64,000 nucleotides of DNA from Macrostomum lignano (GCA_002269645.1 NIVC01001454.1:1-64000), one strand, 5' to 3'; shown: positions 30,401 to 40,132, numbered from the stretch's first letter. The notes: generated from the letters alone by a model not told the origin. Program-made: numbers and translations.

Positions 30401-33400
30401 GTCGGACCTCTATCCTTCAGGTCGGACCTCTATCCTTCAGGTTGGGCCTCTATCCTTCAGGTCGGACATCTATCCTTCAGGTTGGGCCTCTATCCTTCAG
30501 GTCGGACCTCTATCCTTTAGGTTGGGCCTCTATCCTTCAGGTCGGACCTCTATCCTTCAGGTTGGGCCTCTATCCTTCAGGTCGGACCTCTATCCTTTAG
30601 GTTGGGCCTCTATCCTTCAGGTCGGACCTCTATCCTTCAGGTTGGGCCTCTATCCTTCAGGTCGGACCTGTAGCCGTTTTTAGGTTTCACTTTTATCCTT
30701 CAGTTTTAAAAAATAAAAAAATGGAAATTAATTTGTGAAAAATAATAACATCACGCAGCTTTTTGGTTAGCAATGTTTTTCGCCTATTCTAAATTCGATT
30801 CCAAGCAATTGCTAAATTAACGAATACGCTCGTAAATTCGAAGTGATTACAAAAGCGCAATACACGCCAATGCAAACCACCCGCCCAAACAAAACGCAGC
30901 GCTAGCGATCTTCTGGGGCGCATTTATTTCTTCGATCGCCTGTCTGAGAGCGTCCCGCCTATTGCACAACAACCTGTTGAACCGGGTGTTAGCCTGCATG
31001 CTAACATTCTTCGAATCGACCCCGCTGGGCCGCATCGTGAATCGATTTAGCAGCGACGTGAATTGCGTCGATCGCGATTTGGCCGAGAAGTGGCGCACCA
31101 TGCTTCGTATTGCCTTCTGGCTATTGGAGGCTCTTATTGCCGTGTCCTTCGCGTTGCCATGGTTTCTAGTGGCTCTAATTGGCATTGCCGCAATGTTCCA
31201 TGGCGTTCAGGTCTTTATTTATACTTTTAGTTGGTTTTGCGTGGTGTCGTGTTTTTGTCTCTTAACTCTTGTTGTGCACTGGTAATTATGGAAGACAAAA
31301 CGCAAATGCATGCGGGGTACACGCGCACCCCGTTGCTTTCACCAGCTAATTCATATTAAAAATCAATAATTTTGCTTAACCTTGCAATATAAACAATATA
31401 ACCTCTTATGTTGCTTGCCTTAGTTATTGATTGTTGTGGCTTTTTGTGTTTTTAATTTTGTGTATAGTAATGCAATTTTTTTTTGCTTGGTACACAGATT
31501 TTATATTACGAGCGTATTGTTATATACTTTGCCAATGCGTAACCTTTACTCTTCAGTTAGCTTATTTTATGTACTTTATTACACGTACTTTAGTACGCAT
31601 GTACTTTAGTACGCATGTACTTTAGTACGCATGTACTGTAGTACGCATGTACTTTAGTACGCATGTACTTTAGTACGCATGTACTTTAGTACGCATGTAC
31701 TTTAGTACGCATGTACTTTAGTACGCATGTACTTTAGTACGCATGTACTTTAGTACGCATGTACTTTAGTACGCATGTACTTTAGTACGTATGTACTTTA
31801 GTACGCATGTACTTTAAAGTTTGATATTATTTCGTTATTTTCTGAAGTATTTCTCTGGCCTACCTTTCTTCCGCTCCCATCCGACTATCCAGCCATAGCC
31901 GTTCTCATGTCGCAGTTTCTAACAGCCGTCGGCGGCACCCGCGCCTCCGTTGCCCTTTACTGGGGCCTGCTGGCCAACCTACTAAAATCGCCTGTTGTCG
32001 CTCTTGTATCTCCAGACGATGGCAAAGGCGGCGGACGAACTGTTGGCAGCGAATTCTTGCAGCGCTTTGCCGACGATCTGGCCTCGGTTGATGCCGAGAT
32101 GGCGTTGGCCTGCCGATATCTGATTCAGGCCGCCTGCGGACTGCTGGAACGGGCCGCGGTGCTGTGCCAGCTGGATGTCAGCCTGTTGCTGGCTCTGCTG
32201 GCGGGCATTGCTGCCCTGCTGTTTGTACAGGTGGCCGTGTACCCGCACAGCGTTTTTAGTCCTCCGTAGATTTAATTATCTTGTCTTGTCTGGACAATTT
32301 TATTTATTTTACTATGATGATTAACCACTAATTATTGGATTTTCAGCTACTTTTCTGGTACGTTTCAACTTCAACTGTTTTTTGCGCACTGCATCTGCAA
32401 TCAATCTAGCCTTGATTTTATACCAACTTTTTGTGCTCGTATATATTTTGTTTCTGCTAGAACTCACTTCCCCAGTGTTCTGAATTGCCCGCTGACTCAC
32501 TTCCCCAGAATTCTGAATTCCCCGCTGGCTCACTTCCCCAGTGTTCTGAATTCCCCGCTGGCTCACTTCCCCAGTGTTCTGAATTGCCCGCTGGCTCACT
32601 TCCCCAGAATTCTGAATTCCCCGCTGGCTCACTTCCCCAGTGTTCTGAATTGCCCGCTGGCTCACTTCCCCAGAATTCTGAATTCCCCGCTGGCTCACTT
32701 CCCCAGAATTCTGAATTCCCCGCTGACTCACTTCCCCAGAATTCTGAATTGCCCGCTGGCTCACTTCCCCAGAATTCTGAATTCCCCGCTGGCTCACTTC
32801 CCCAGTGTTCTGAATTGCCCGCTGGCTCACTTCCCCAGTGTTCTGAATTGCCCGCTGACTCACTTCCCCAGAATTCTGAATTGCCCGCTGACTCACTTCC
32901 CCAGTGTTCTGAATTGCCCGCTGACTCACTTCCCCAGTGTTCTGAATTCCCCGCTGGCTCACTTCCCCAGTGTTCTGAATTGCCCGCTGACTCACTTCCC
33001 CAGTGTTCTGAATTGCCCGCTGGCTCACTTCCCCAGTGTTCTGAATTGCCCGCTGGCTCACTTCCCCAGAATTCTGAATTCCCCGCTGACTCACTTCCCC
33101 AGAATTCTGAATTCCCCGCTGGCTCACTTCCCCAGTGTTCTGAATTGCCCGCTGACTCACTTCCCCAGTGTTCTGAATTCCCCGCTGGCTCACTTCCCCA
33201 GAATTCTGAATTCCCCGCTGGCTCACTTCCCCAGTGTTCTGAATTCCCCGCTGACTCACTTCCCCAGAATTCTGAATTCCCCGCTGACTCACTTCCCCAG
33301 AATTCTGAATTCCCCGCTGGCTCACTTCCCCAGAATTCTGAATTGCCCGCTGGCTCACTTCCCCAGTGTTCTGAATTGCCCGCTGGCTCACTTCCCCAGT

Positions 33401-36400
33401 GTTCTGAATTCCCCGCTGGCTCACTTCCCCAGTGTTCTGAATTGCCCGCTGGCTCACTTCCCCAGAATTCTGAATTGCCCGCTGGCTCACTTCCCCAGAA
33501 TTCTGAATTGCCCGCTGGCTCACTTCCCCAGAATTCTGAATTCCCCGCTGACTCACTTCCCCAGAATTCTGAATTGCCCGCTGACTCACTTCCCCAGTGT
33601 TCTGAATTACCTGCTGAATTCCTTAGTCTGAACTCTGTACCAGCTCACCAATTTTTCAGCTCCGCTATCTTGTGTTAATTCCGCCGTCTCAATTCCCTAC
33701 ACTTTGTGTTTTAACTAATAATAGATCGAATGATGCTCTTTTGTTGCTAGGCCATGTTCCCATAGCAACTAACTGAAGCTTGCATGTAGTTGGTTAGACC
33801 ACAGCATTGATAAACAGCATCTGCTTCATCTGTCGCTCCCCAATCGCAGAGAATCTTCATCAGCTCATCCCGGCAGCTGAAGCGGCTGGAATCAACGGCC
33901 AAGTCGCCGATTTTCTCCCACTTCTCCGAGACCCTGTCTGGCGTGACCACTATTCGGGCATTCGAACAGCAATCGAATTTCAAACGAATCTGCAACGATC
34001 GCGTTAATTTTTTCAATCGCTGCTATTATCCGAATATTAGTTCGAATAGGTGGCTGGCCGTCCGGTTGGAGCTGGTTGGCAATCTGATTGTCACATTCAC
34101 CTGTCTGTTTGGCGTGCTGGCCAGGGGCACCGTGTCCCCTGGTCTAGTAGGTCTGGCCGCTATCTATGCGCTCAACGTTACCCAGAGCCTGAATTGGCTG
34201 ATCCGAATGACTTCGGAGTTGGAGACTAATATTGTTGCCGTGGAGAGGTGAGAATTCATTTTTATCTTATCCCATTTCAGGGATCTTAAGCTCCCTGAAT
34301 CCCTATGTGCTTAGGATCCTCATGCTTAGAATTTCCAACCTCTAATCCCCATCTTAAGATCTCATGCTTATAACCCGTGTAGAAGTCAGAGCGAGTGAAT
34401 CCTTGGAAGTAGCGAGTACTTAGCGGGAAAACCACCGATGAAATCAACTTTTTTTACACGGTAGCGCGTTTTTGCCAATTTTGTCACTCGCTATCAAAAA
34501 AACGCGCTGGCTCACGGTCAAATACGCGGTGGTTTTCACGGTGAGAGCTCTCTCGCTGCTTGACTCGATGGACAACTCGCTAGCCGCTTCACTCACTCCC
34601 TCATTCTCTCGCTAATTCTCTCGCTACTGTTACTCGCTCATTCTCTCGCTACTGCTACTCGCTCATTCTCTCGCTACTGTTACTCGCTCATTCTCTCGCT
34701 ACTGTTACTCGCTCATTCTCTCGCTTGTAGTCTCGCTAATTCTGTCGGTGTACAAATAATATATTATATATATTATAATAAATATATAATAATTAAAAAT
34801 ATAATAATAATAAAATTAATATTATAATATTAATCTTAATATTATTCATAATATTATATTATTCATAATATTAATATTATTATTAAAAAAATTAATAATA
34901 TTTTTAATTATTATTAATTATTATTATTATATATATATAATATATATTCGAGCAACAAGCTCGAAGACCAGTCGAAGTCAAACGGTAAGTCACGCGGAGG
35001 CCGATCAGTTACTGCGGCCGTTGTCCGCGGCGACGGCAACGTGGGCTAGACGGTCGGTGCCGGTACCAATTTTTCGGCTTCCGTTATATAGAGAAAGAGC
35101 AAGACAGCAATTATAACTCTCTTAAAACAAAAACTTATAACTCTCTACTTTCTAGCTACTTTAGAAGAATGCATAACTGCGTAGTAGTTTTTGGTTTCGG
35201 TAGTTTGCTATAGTTTTAGTTTTCGAGTAAATGTAAAGTAGTTTTTGTTTTTTTGGCCAAAAAAGTTTTGGCAACTGGTCAACTATGAAAAAACAGTAAC
35301 TGCAAAAAACAACTGAAAATGTTACAATCCTTCAATGTAGTCTCCCCCTCTCTCAATGCACTTTTGGTGCCGCCGAATCCATGCTTCGAATGCGCCATGG
35401 TACTCAGAAGCAGGTATGGCCTTCAGTTCTGAATTGATGCACTTAGCCAGGTCCTGGCATCGGTGAAAATTCCGTTCTGCCAGCCGTTCAGTCAGCTTGG
35501 CGAGCACCCAGAAGTCGCAGGGAGCCAAGTCAGGACTGTAGGGTGGGTGGCGGATGGTCTTGATGTTGTTGGCTGCCAGAAAGTTGGTCGTCAGGGCCGC
35601 TGTGTGACTGGACGCATTGTCATGGTGCAGGTGAACTCGCCCAGCTTGAAGCCGTGAGGGCTGAGTTGCGTGAAGTGACGCCATGACTTGTGGCAGAACC
35701 GTACCGGAGTAGAAGCTGGCGTTCACATTCTGTCCATTAGGCACCATGATGACGGCCACGGGCCCAGATGTGCTGATGAAGATGATGAACATCTCCTTCC
35801 GGGACCGAAAGCTGGACCGCAGGACAGTCGGCCTCGCGTCTCCAGAGCCCACCCAGGCCTTGTTCTTCATCTTCTGGGGCACTTGAAAGTAAAAGAACCA
35901 TTTCTCATCACCTGTAACGACGTCGGAAAGCCTCTGGCAGCCTCCTGGACCGAAGTTGCGCAGGAATTCCTGGCTGCACCGCACCCTCTCCCTCTTCTGC
36001 TCTTCTGTCAGGAGGTGGGGCACCCAGCGGGCGGTGACCTTGCGGAGGCCCAGGTGGCTGTGCAGGATGGTGTGCGCACTGCCATCGGAAATACCGACAG
36101 TCTCGCTAATCACAGCGACGGTAATGTTTGGATCCTCGTCCACCAGAGCCCTGACAGCAGCGATGTTGGCTTCGGTCACAGCTGTGCTGGGTCGTCCAGA
36201 CCGGGGGTCGTCGTTCAAGGAGGCCCGTCTGGCGTTGATGGACTCTATCCACCTGGCGACCGTGCGGTAGGAAGGGGCTTGGTCCCCGACTACCTGGACC
36301 AGGTCTGCATGGATTTTGACCGCGCTTTCTCCGAGTCGTGAGCGCATGAAAACGTAGAATCGCCACTGGTCTGGTTGCACTGGCTCCATTTTTGGCAGAG

Positions 36401-38495
36401 TCTAAAACACCACCTTGCGTTGGCCACGCGCAAGTATAACACATTCGAGGGAAAAAAGTCATACTCTATGGTTAAAACCAATGTCTGCGAATTCGTAAAA
36501 AATTTCAACGCTTTGTGATATGTACTTTTGGAGATATTAGGTCAGTTGCCAAAACTTTTTGAATGCCCCTCGTAGTATACGTTCTGGTGCTTTTCTTTAT
36601 CATTTTTTTCGTACAAATCCTTACAAGGCGCCCCATAAATGTCATCTTTATGAATTTACCGTACAAAGCCGTACAAGAAGGCGCCGTATAATGTCATCTT
36701 CATGAATATCAGTACTATTTCCAGCTTTAAGCCATAAATATACTGTACCGTTTGAACCAATTTAATATACACAAGTAATTAAATGGTGTGCATACTTCAT
36801 ATGAAAAATCGAGCGCCGTTTTGAGCGCGAAACTGCGGCATCCGGTGAGCTAAGCCACTGCATTTCTATTGTATAAGCGCGTCAAGTCTAGAGATGGGAA
36901 ATGAGCGAGAGAATGAGCGAGTAACAGTAGCGAGAGAATGAGCGAGTAGCAGTAGCGAGAGAATGAGCGAGTAACAGTAGCGAGAGAATGAGCGAGTAAC
37001 AGTAGCGAGAGAATGAGCGAGTAACAGTAGCGAGAGAATGAGCGAGTAACAGTAGCGAGAGAATGAGCGAGTAACAGTAGCGAGAGAATGAGCGAGTAAC
37101 AGTAGCGAGAGAATGAGCGAGTAACAGTAGCGAGAGAATGAGCGAGTAACAGTAGCGAGAGAATGAGCGAGTAACAGTAGCGAGAGAATGAGCGAGTGCA
37201 GGGACATAAACTCGGTGTATTTGGCACGCTCTTTGAATTTTTTTTGAGCGCGTTAACTCGCTCTAACTTTTACACGGGAACTCCCCATGATTATAATCCC
37301 TAACTTTAGATCCCATTCTTAGAATACCTATCTTTCGATCCCTTGCTTGCTTAGAATCGTCATGCTTATAACCCTTATCTTTAGATCCCCATTTTTATAA
37401 TCCCCATGCTTGGAATCCCCATCTTTATATCCCCATGATTATAATCCCCAGCTTTAGATCCCCATGCTTATTATCCCCATCTTTGGATCCCCTGCTTAGA
37501 ATCCCCATCTTTAGATCCCTTGCTTAGAATCCCCATCTTTAGATTCTATGCTTAGAATCCCCATCTTTATATCTTCATGCTTGAAATCCCTATCTTTAGA
37601 TTCCCTCTCACTCATAAATGCATGCTAGAAGCCCATCTATGTTGTCCCCATAGTGCAACACACAATCCGCCCGCACTGCAGAATCAAGGAGTACTCCGAG
37701 CTGGAGCAGGAGGCCCCTTGGCAACGGCCAGACGAGCCGCCCCTACCAGACGGCTGGCCCCTGGGCGGCGTCAGCTTTCGCAGCTTCGCCTGTCGCTACC
37801 GAGACGACCTGCCGCCGGCCCTGGCCGACATCAACCTGGAGGTCAGCCCCGGCCAGCGGGTCGGCATCGTGGGTCGCACCGGGTCAGGCAAGAGCACCCT
37901 GACCCTGTCGCTGTTCCGTGTGCTGGAGCCCCGGTCCGGCCAGCTGCTGCTAGACGGCGTTGACGTGACCAAACTCGGCCTGCACACGCTGCGGACTAGG
38001 ATCACCCTGATACCGCAGGACCCCCTGCTGTTCGCCGGCAGTCTGCGCTGGAATCTCGATCCGTTCGATCGGCACACTGACGACGAGGTCTGGTCGGCGT
38101 TGGAGACGGCTCACCTGAAGAGCTGGGCCTCCGGCTTGGAGACCGGGCTGAGCCACCCCATCTCGGAGGGCGGAGCGAACCTGTCGCTTGGCCAGCGCCA
38201 GCTGGTCTGTCTAGCGCGAGCTCTGCTTCGCCGCAGCCGCCTGCTCGTACTGGACGAAGCCACCGCTGCCGTTGACGTTGGCACCGACGCTCTGATTCAG
38301 CGCACGATCAGGGAGAAATTCTCTGACGCCACCTTGATCACTGTGGCTCATCGGCTGAATACGGTGATGGACTACGATAAGATTGTTGTACTAGAGCAAG
38401 GTCGCGTGCTCGAGTCCGGCTCGCCTAGCGAACTGTTGGCTAACAAAACGTCCGTGTTCTACGAGATGGCTCTGCAAGCGGGATTGGCTAAGTGA
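14727..38495 (+). CDS. Long-form ABCC/MRP1-like ABC exporter (TMD0-L0-TMD1-NBD1-TMD2-NBD2), about 1655-1664 aa; join(14727..14765,14858..15058,16153..16266,17484..17615,18265..18825,20956..21621,22780..23078,23880..24329,24787..25412,25985..26341,[one of A-D],33850..34247,37682..38495)
   Basis: All listed introns are GT-AG with matching phases. TMD0 motif [13 protein letters not shown] (MRP1 TWNTSNPDFTKCF); L0 [16 protein letters not shown]; NBD1 [26 protein letters not shown]; NBD2 [26 protein letters not shown]. The exon-10 acceptor (25985) is the least certain; an in-phase alternative AG lies about 27 nt upstream. Confidence 0.95.
15165..16025. repeat. 40-bp minisatellite (CTGACTGACTCACTGACCAACTGACAAGTCTAGTTGTAGR)n, ABCC intron 2
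   Basis: Period 40. Confidence 0.95.
16540..17390. repeat. 16-bp C-rich minisatellite (CCCCACACTCCATRTT)n, ABCC intron 3
   Basis: Direct reading; source of many spurious ORFs. Confidence 0.93.
17745..18028. repeat. 14/15-bp tandem repeat (CTGGCAAATGTCTAG / CTGGCAAACGTCGG), ABCC intron 4
   Basis: Direct reading. Confidence 0.9.
18860..20835. repeat. Compound minisatellite (19-bp ACAGGGATAGACAGGTCCA and 23-bp ACAACAGGGATGGACAGTCAGGT units), ABCC intron 5
   Basis: Direct reading; contains an internal duplication of about 550-570 bp. Confidence 0.93.
21645..22600. repeat. (CAGA)n/(CAGAT) microsatellite, ABCC intron 6
   Basis: Direct reading. Confidence 0.96.
23088..23772. repeat. 23-bp minisatellite (GAGATAGTGACTGAGTTAGGGGT)n, ABCC intron 7
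   Basis: Period 23; one TTAGGG per unit. Confidence 0.95.
25432..25917. repeat. About 30-bp G-tract minisatellite (GCCAGAGACTGGGTGTGGCACCG7-10), ABCC intron 9
   Basis: Direct reading. Confidence 0.92.
26378..27500. repeat. (GATA)n microsatellite with higher-order variant blocks, ABCC intron 10
   Basis: Direct reading. Confidence 0.97.
27791..28107 (+). CDS. ABCC alternative exon A (317 nt)
   Basis: aacag|GC ... CAA|gtgagt; encodes (G)[30 protein letters not shown]...[12 protein letters not shown]...YYFIQ. Confidence 0.88.
28620..28800. repeat. 16-bp array (TTTAGTACGTATGTAC)n, intron A-B
   Basis: About 9 near-perfect copies plus degenerate copies upstream. Confidence 0.93.
28933..29258 (+). 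CDS. ABCC alternative exon B (326 nt)
   Basis: ttgcag|CC ... CAG|gtggcc; encodes (A)[30 protein letters not shown]...[12 protein letters not shown]...FCLVQ. Confidence 0.85.
29495..30668. repeat. 20-bp minisatellite (TCTATCCTTCAGGTYGGRCC and variants), intron B-C
   Basis: Period 20; sequence drifts gradually along the array. Confidence 0.95.
30900..31210 (+). CDS. ABCC alternative exon C (311 nt), closest to canonical MRP1
   Basis: acgcag|CG ... CAG|gtcttt; encodes (A)[26 protein letters not shown]...[22 protein letters not shown]...FHGVQ. Confidence 0.92.
31585..31815. repeat. 16-bp array (TTTAGTACGCATGTAC)n, intron C-D
   Basis: About 14 copies; unit differs by one base from the A-B array. 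Confidence 0.94.
31893..32230 (+). CDS. ABCC alternative exon D (338 nt)
   Basis: atccag|CC ... CAG|gtggcc; encodes (A)[26 protein letters not shown]...[12 protein letters not shown]...LLFVQ. Confidence 0.83.
32461..33612. repeat. 33-bp minisatellite (CCCGCTGRCTCACTTCCCCAGWRTTCTGAATTS)n, intron after exon D
   Basis: Period 33; explains the 11-aa-repeat ORFs on both strands. Confidence 0.95.
35260..36572 (-). mobile_element. Mariner (Tc1/mariner, DD34D) element; right TIR complete, left TIR truncated
   Basis: Right end CAGTTGCCAAAACTTTTTGAATGCCCCTCG followed by TA at 36573-36574. Only the inner 18 bp (AAAAAGTTTTGGCAACTG, 35260-35277) recur inverted at the left. Confidence 0.88.
35322..36389 (-). 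CDS. Intact mariner transposase, 355 aa
   Basis: N-terminal HTH with PRSGRP, WVPHLL linker, TGDEKW, HHDNA and YSPDLAPCD; 34 residues between the second and third catalytic Asp. Confidence 0.96.
   Translation of the reverse strand: MEPVQPDQWRFYVFMRSRLGESAVKIHADLVQVVGDQAPSYRTVARWIESINARRASLNDDPRSGRPSTAVTEANIAAVRALVDEDPNITVAVISETVGISDGSAHTILHSHLGLRKVTARWVPHLLTEEQKRERVRCSQEFLRNFGPGGCQRLSDVVTGDEKWFFYFQVPQKMKNKAWVGSGDARPTVLRSSFRSRKEMFIIFISTSGPVAVIMVPNGQNVNASFYSGTVLPQVMASLHATQPSRLQAGRVHLHHDNASSHTAALTTNFLAANNIKTIRHPPYSPDLAPCDFWVLAKLTERLAERNFHRCQDLAKCINSELKAIPASEYHGAFEAWIRRHQKCIERGGDYIEGL
37283..37600. repeat. Degenerate about 14-bp repeat (CCCCATCTTTAGAT-like), also present left of the TIR element (about 34270-34373)
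   Basis: Same motif on both sides of 34374-37278, so it is the likely insertion target. Confidence 0.7.
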
Positions 38496-39813
38496 TTGTT
38501 TGCATGTAATCCTGACTGTATTACCTGGGAAATGTACTTTTCGAGCTTTTGGGTCGACATGTACTTTTAATATAAATTGACTATATTTACAAAGTGCATC
38601 GTGTACTGTTAGTAGTAAATTACTTATTAGTGAGAATTTTATACAACTAAATCAGTATGTACTTTATGCACTAAGAGTTTGAATTGTAAAGTACACATGT
38701 ACTATTAAATATCGTTACCGTGATAAGAATCGCTAGAGAGTCATTGCAAACAGCTCAATAGGGACTCTAGCGACTGTTGAGTCACGAGGGCATCACGTGA
38801 GCTGCAGAATCGTAAAAGTCAGCCAAGAGCCGTTGTGCTGGCGCTTAACTTCCTACTAACTCAAGTAGACTAAACAGAGCTGTGATAAATGTGAAATGCG
38901 ATTCAAATTCATAAAGTGTTAACAAATATTTGTGTATTAGGTGTTGTTATGCTGTAGTTATATTTTGAATTGTTCAACAACTCTCAAAGCTTGTAGCAAT
39001 CTCGTTCAATTTTGCTTTCAAATAGTACGACTGAGGGACTATGTGGCCATGTGATTCAAAACTCTAAGGATTTGCAGTGAAATGCTGCTACCTACAAGCA
39101 CTAGTTAATTTTTTTGTTAAAACATGCTTTCAACTCCCTTAGTAGTTGTTGTTTTTTTCTCCACAATTTTTTATCCCGTGCAATTTCGATTCTACTAACA
39201 ATTTTGAGAGTGCAATTTCTCAACTGTTTTAACTGCTTCTAATTGCTTAGTTATCATAGTCTGTCATTTTTATGTTGTTCCCTCCCTATACTGGTTTACT
39301 ATTAAAATCCCACACTTTCTACTGGTTCGTTTTGTCTAATAGTAGTAGACGCAGGTGTTTTTTAGTTTATTTTTACTGCCCTGCCTTTAATTATTCAGTT
39401 GTATTTTGGGATCATACACTCGCTTTAACTACTTAGTAACATAGTAGCTTGAGCGAACATTATGCAATAAATAGATAAAAATCGGTCAAAAAAATTTTAC
39501 TCAAGTAAACAGTGTGCTACTTTGCCCATAAAAGTCGAAGGAAACATAAATAAAAGATACAAAAAAAAGTATTCTGGTTCTTTGTTAGTAAAAAGTTGCA
39601 AAAACAGAAACCCGTCACGTTTCTACTTATTAATTTTATTTATTTGCTGGTGTTTTTTAAAACGAGTTTTTTGAATTTATGGTTATTACTAATTGGCTCA
39701 TCTCTTAGGTAGGTGGCTGTACTCTAGTCATCACATATTACTAAAACTCGATTTTTTGAAATTGTTCAACAACTGTAATCAATCTGACGCACTGCGTGTA
39801 ACCTAAAATATAA

Positions 39814-40091
39814 TCAGTCAGTTTTGCCGGAGCCGCCGGTGAAAAAGTACTCAACTATGTCGTCGGGATGGAAGCCTTCGAAGCACAGATTCTTGACGAT
39901 GAAACGGGCGCAGACCTGCCGTTATCGGAGATTAATTGATCATAAATAGTCTTTACTATATTTACTATAGTAAATATAGAAAAAATGAGCTATGTCTAGT
40001 TAGTAGATTTTATTATATCGTATGTAAAGCTGTAAAACTCTATTTATCTATCTGCATCTACGTACATGTCTATCTATCTATCTCACCTGTA

Positions 40092-40132
<41 letters not shown>

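Larger units (their letters stand above)
34374..37278. mobile_element. About 2.9-kb TIR element with CCC termini and inverted subterminal 25-bp arrays (foldback or CMC/EnSpm-like); contains the mariner
   Basis: Left end CCCGTGTAGAAGTCAGAGCGAGT versus reverse complement of right end CCCGTGTAAAAGTTAGAGCGAGT (21/23). AA on both flanks, a possible 2-bp TSD. (TCATTCTCTCGCTACTGTTACTCGC)n at about 34600-34725 is mirrored by its reverse complement at about 36900-37197. Confidence 0.72.

Noticed and set aside
27791-32230. Interpretation of exons A-D as fragments of separate tandem ABCC paralogues or as constitutive exons
   Set aside because: No other ABCC exon is duplicated in the window, and serial inclusion breaks the frame because each exon is 3n+2 nt.
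32321-33589. 422-aa minus-strand 11-aa-repeat ORF
   Set aside because: Produced by the 33-bp unit; antisense within an intron, with no unique domain.
35463-36508. Alternative-frame and antisense ORFs over the transposase
   Set aside because: Shadows of a GC-rich coding sequence.
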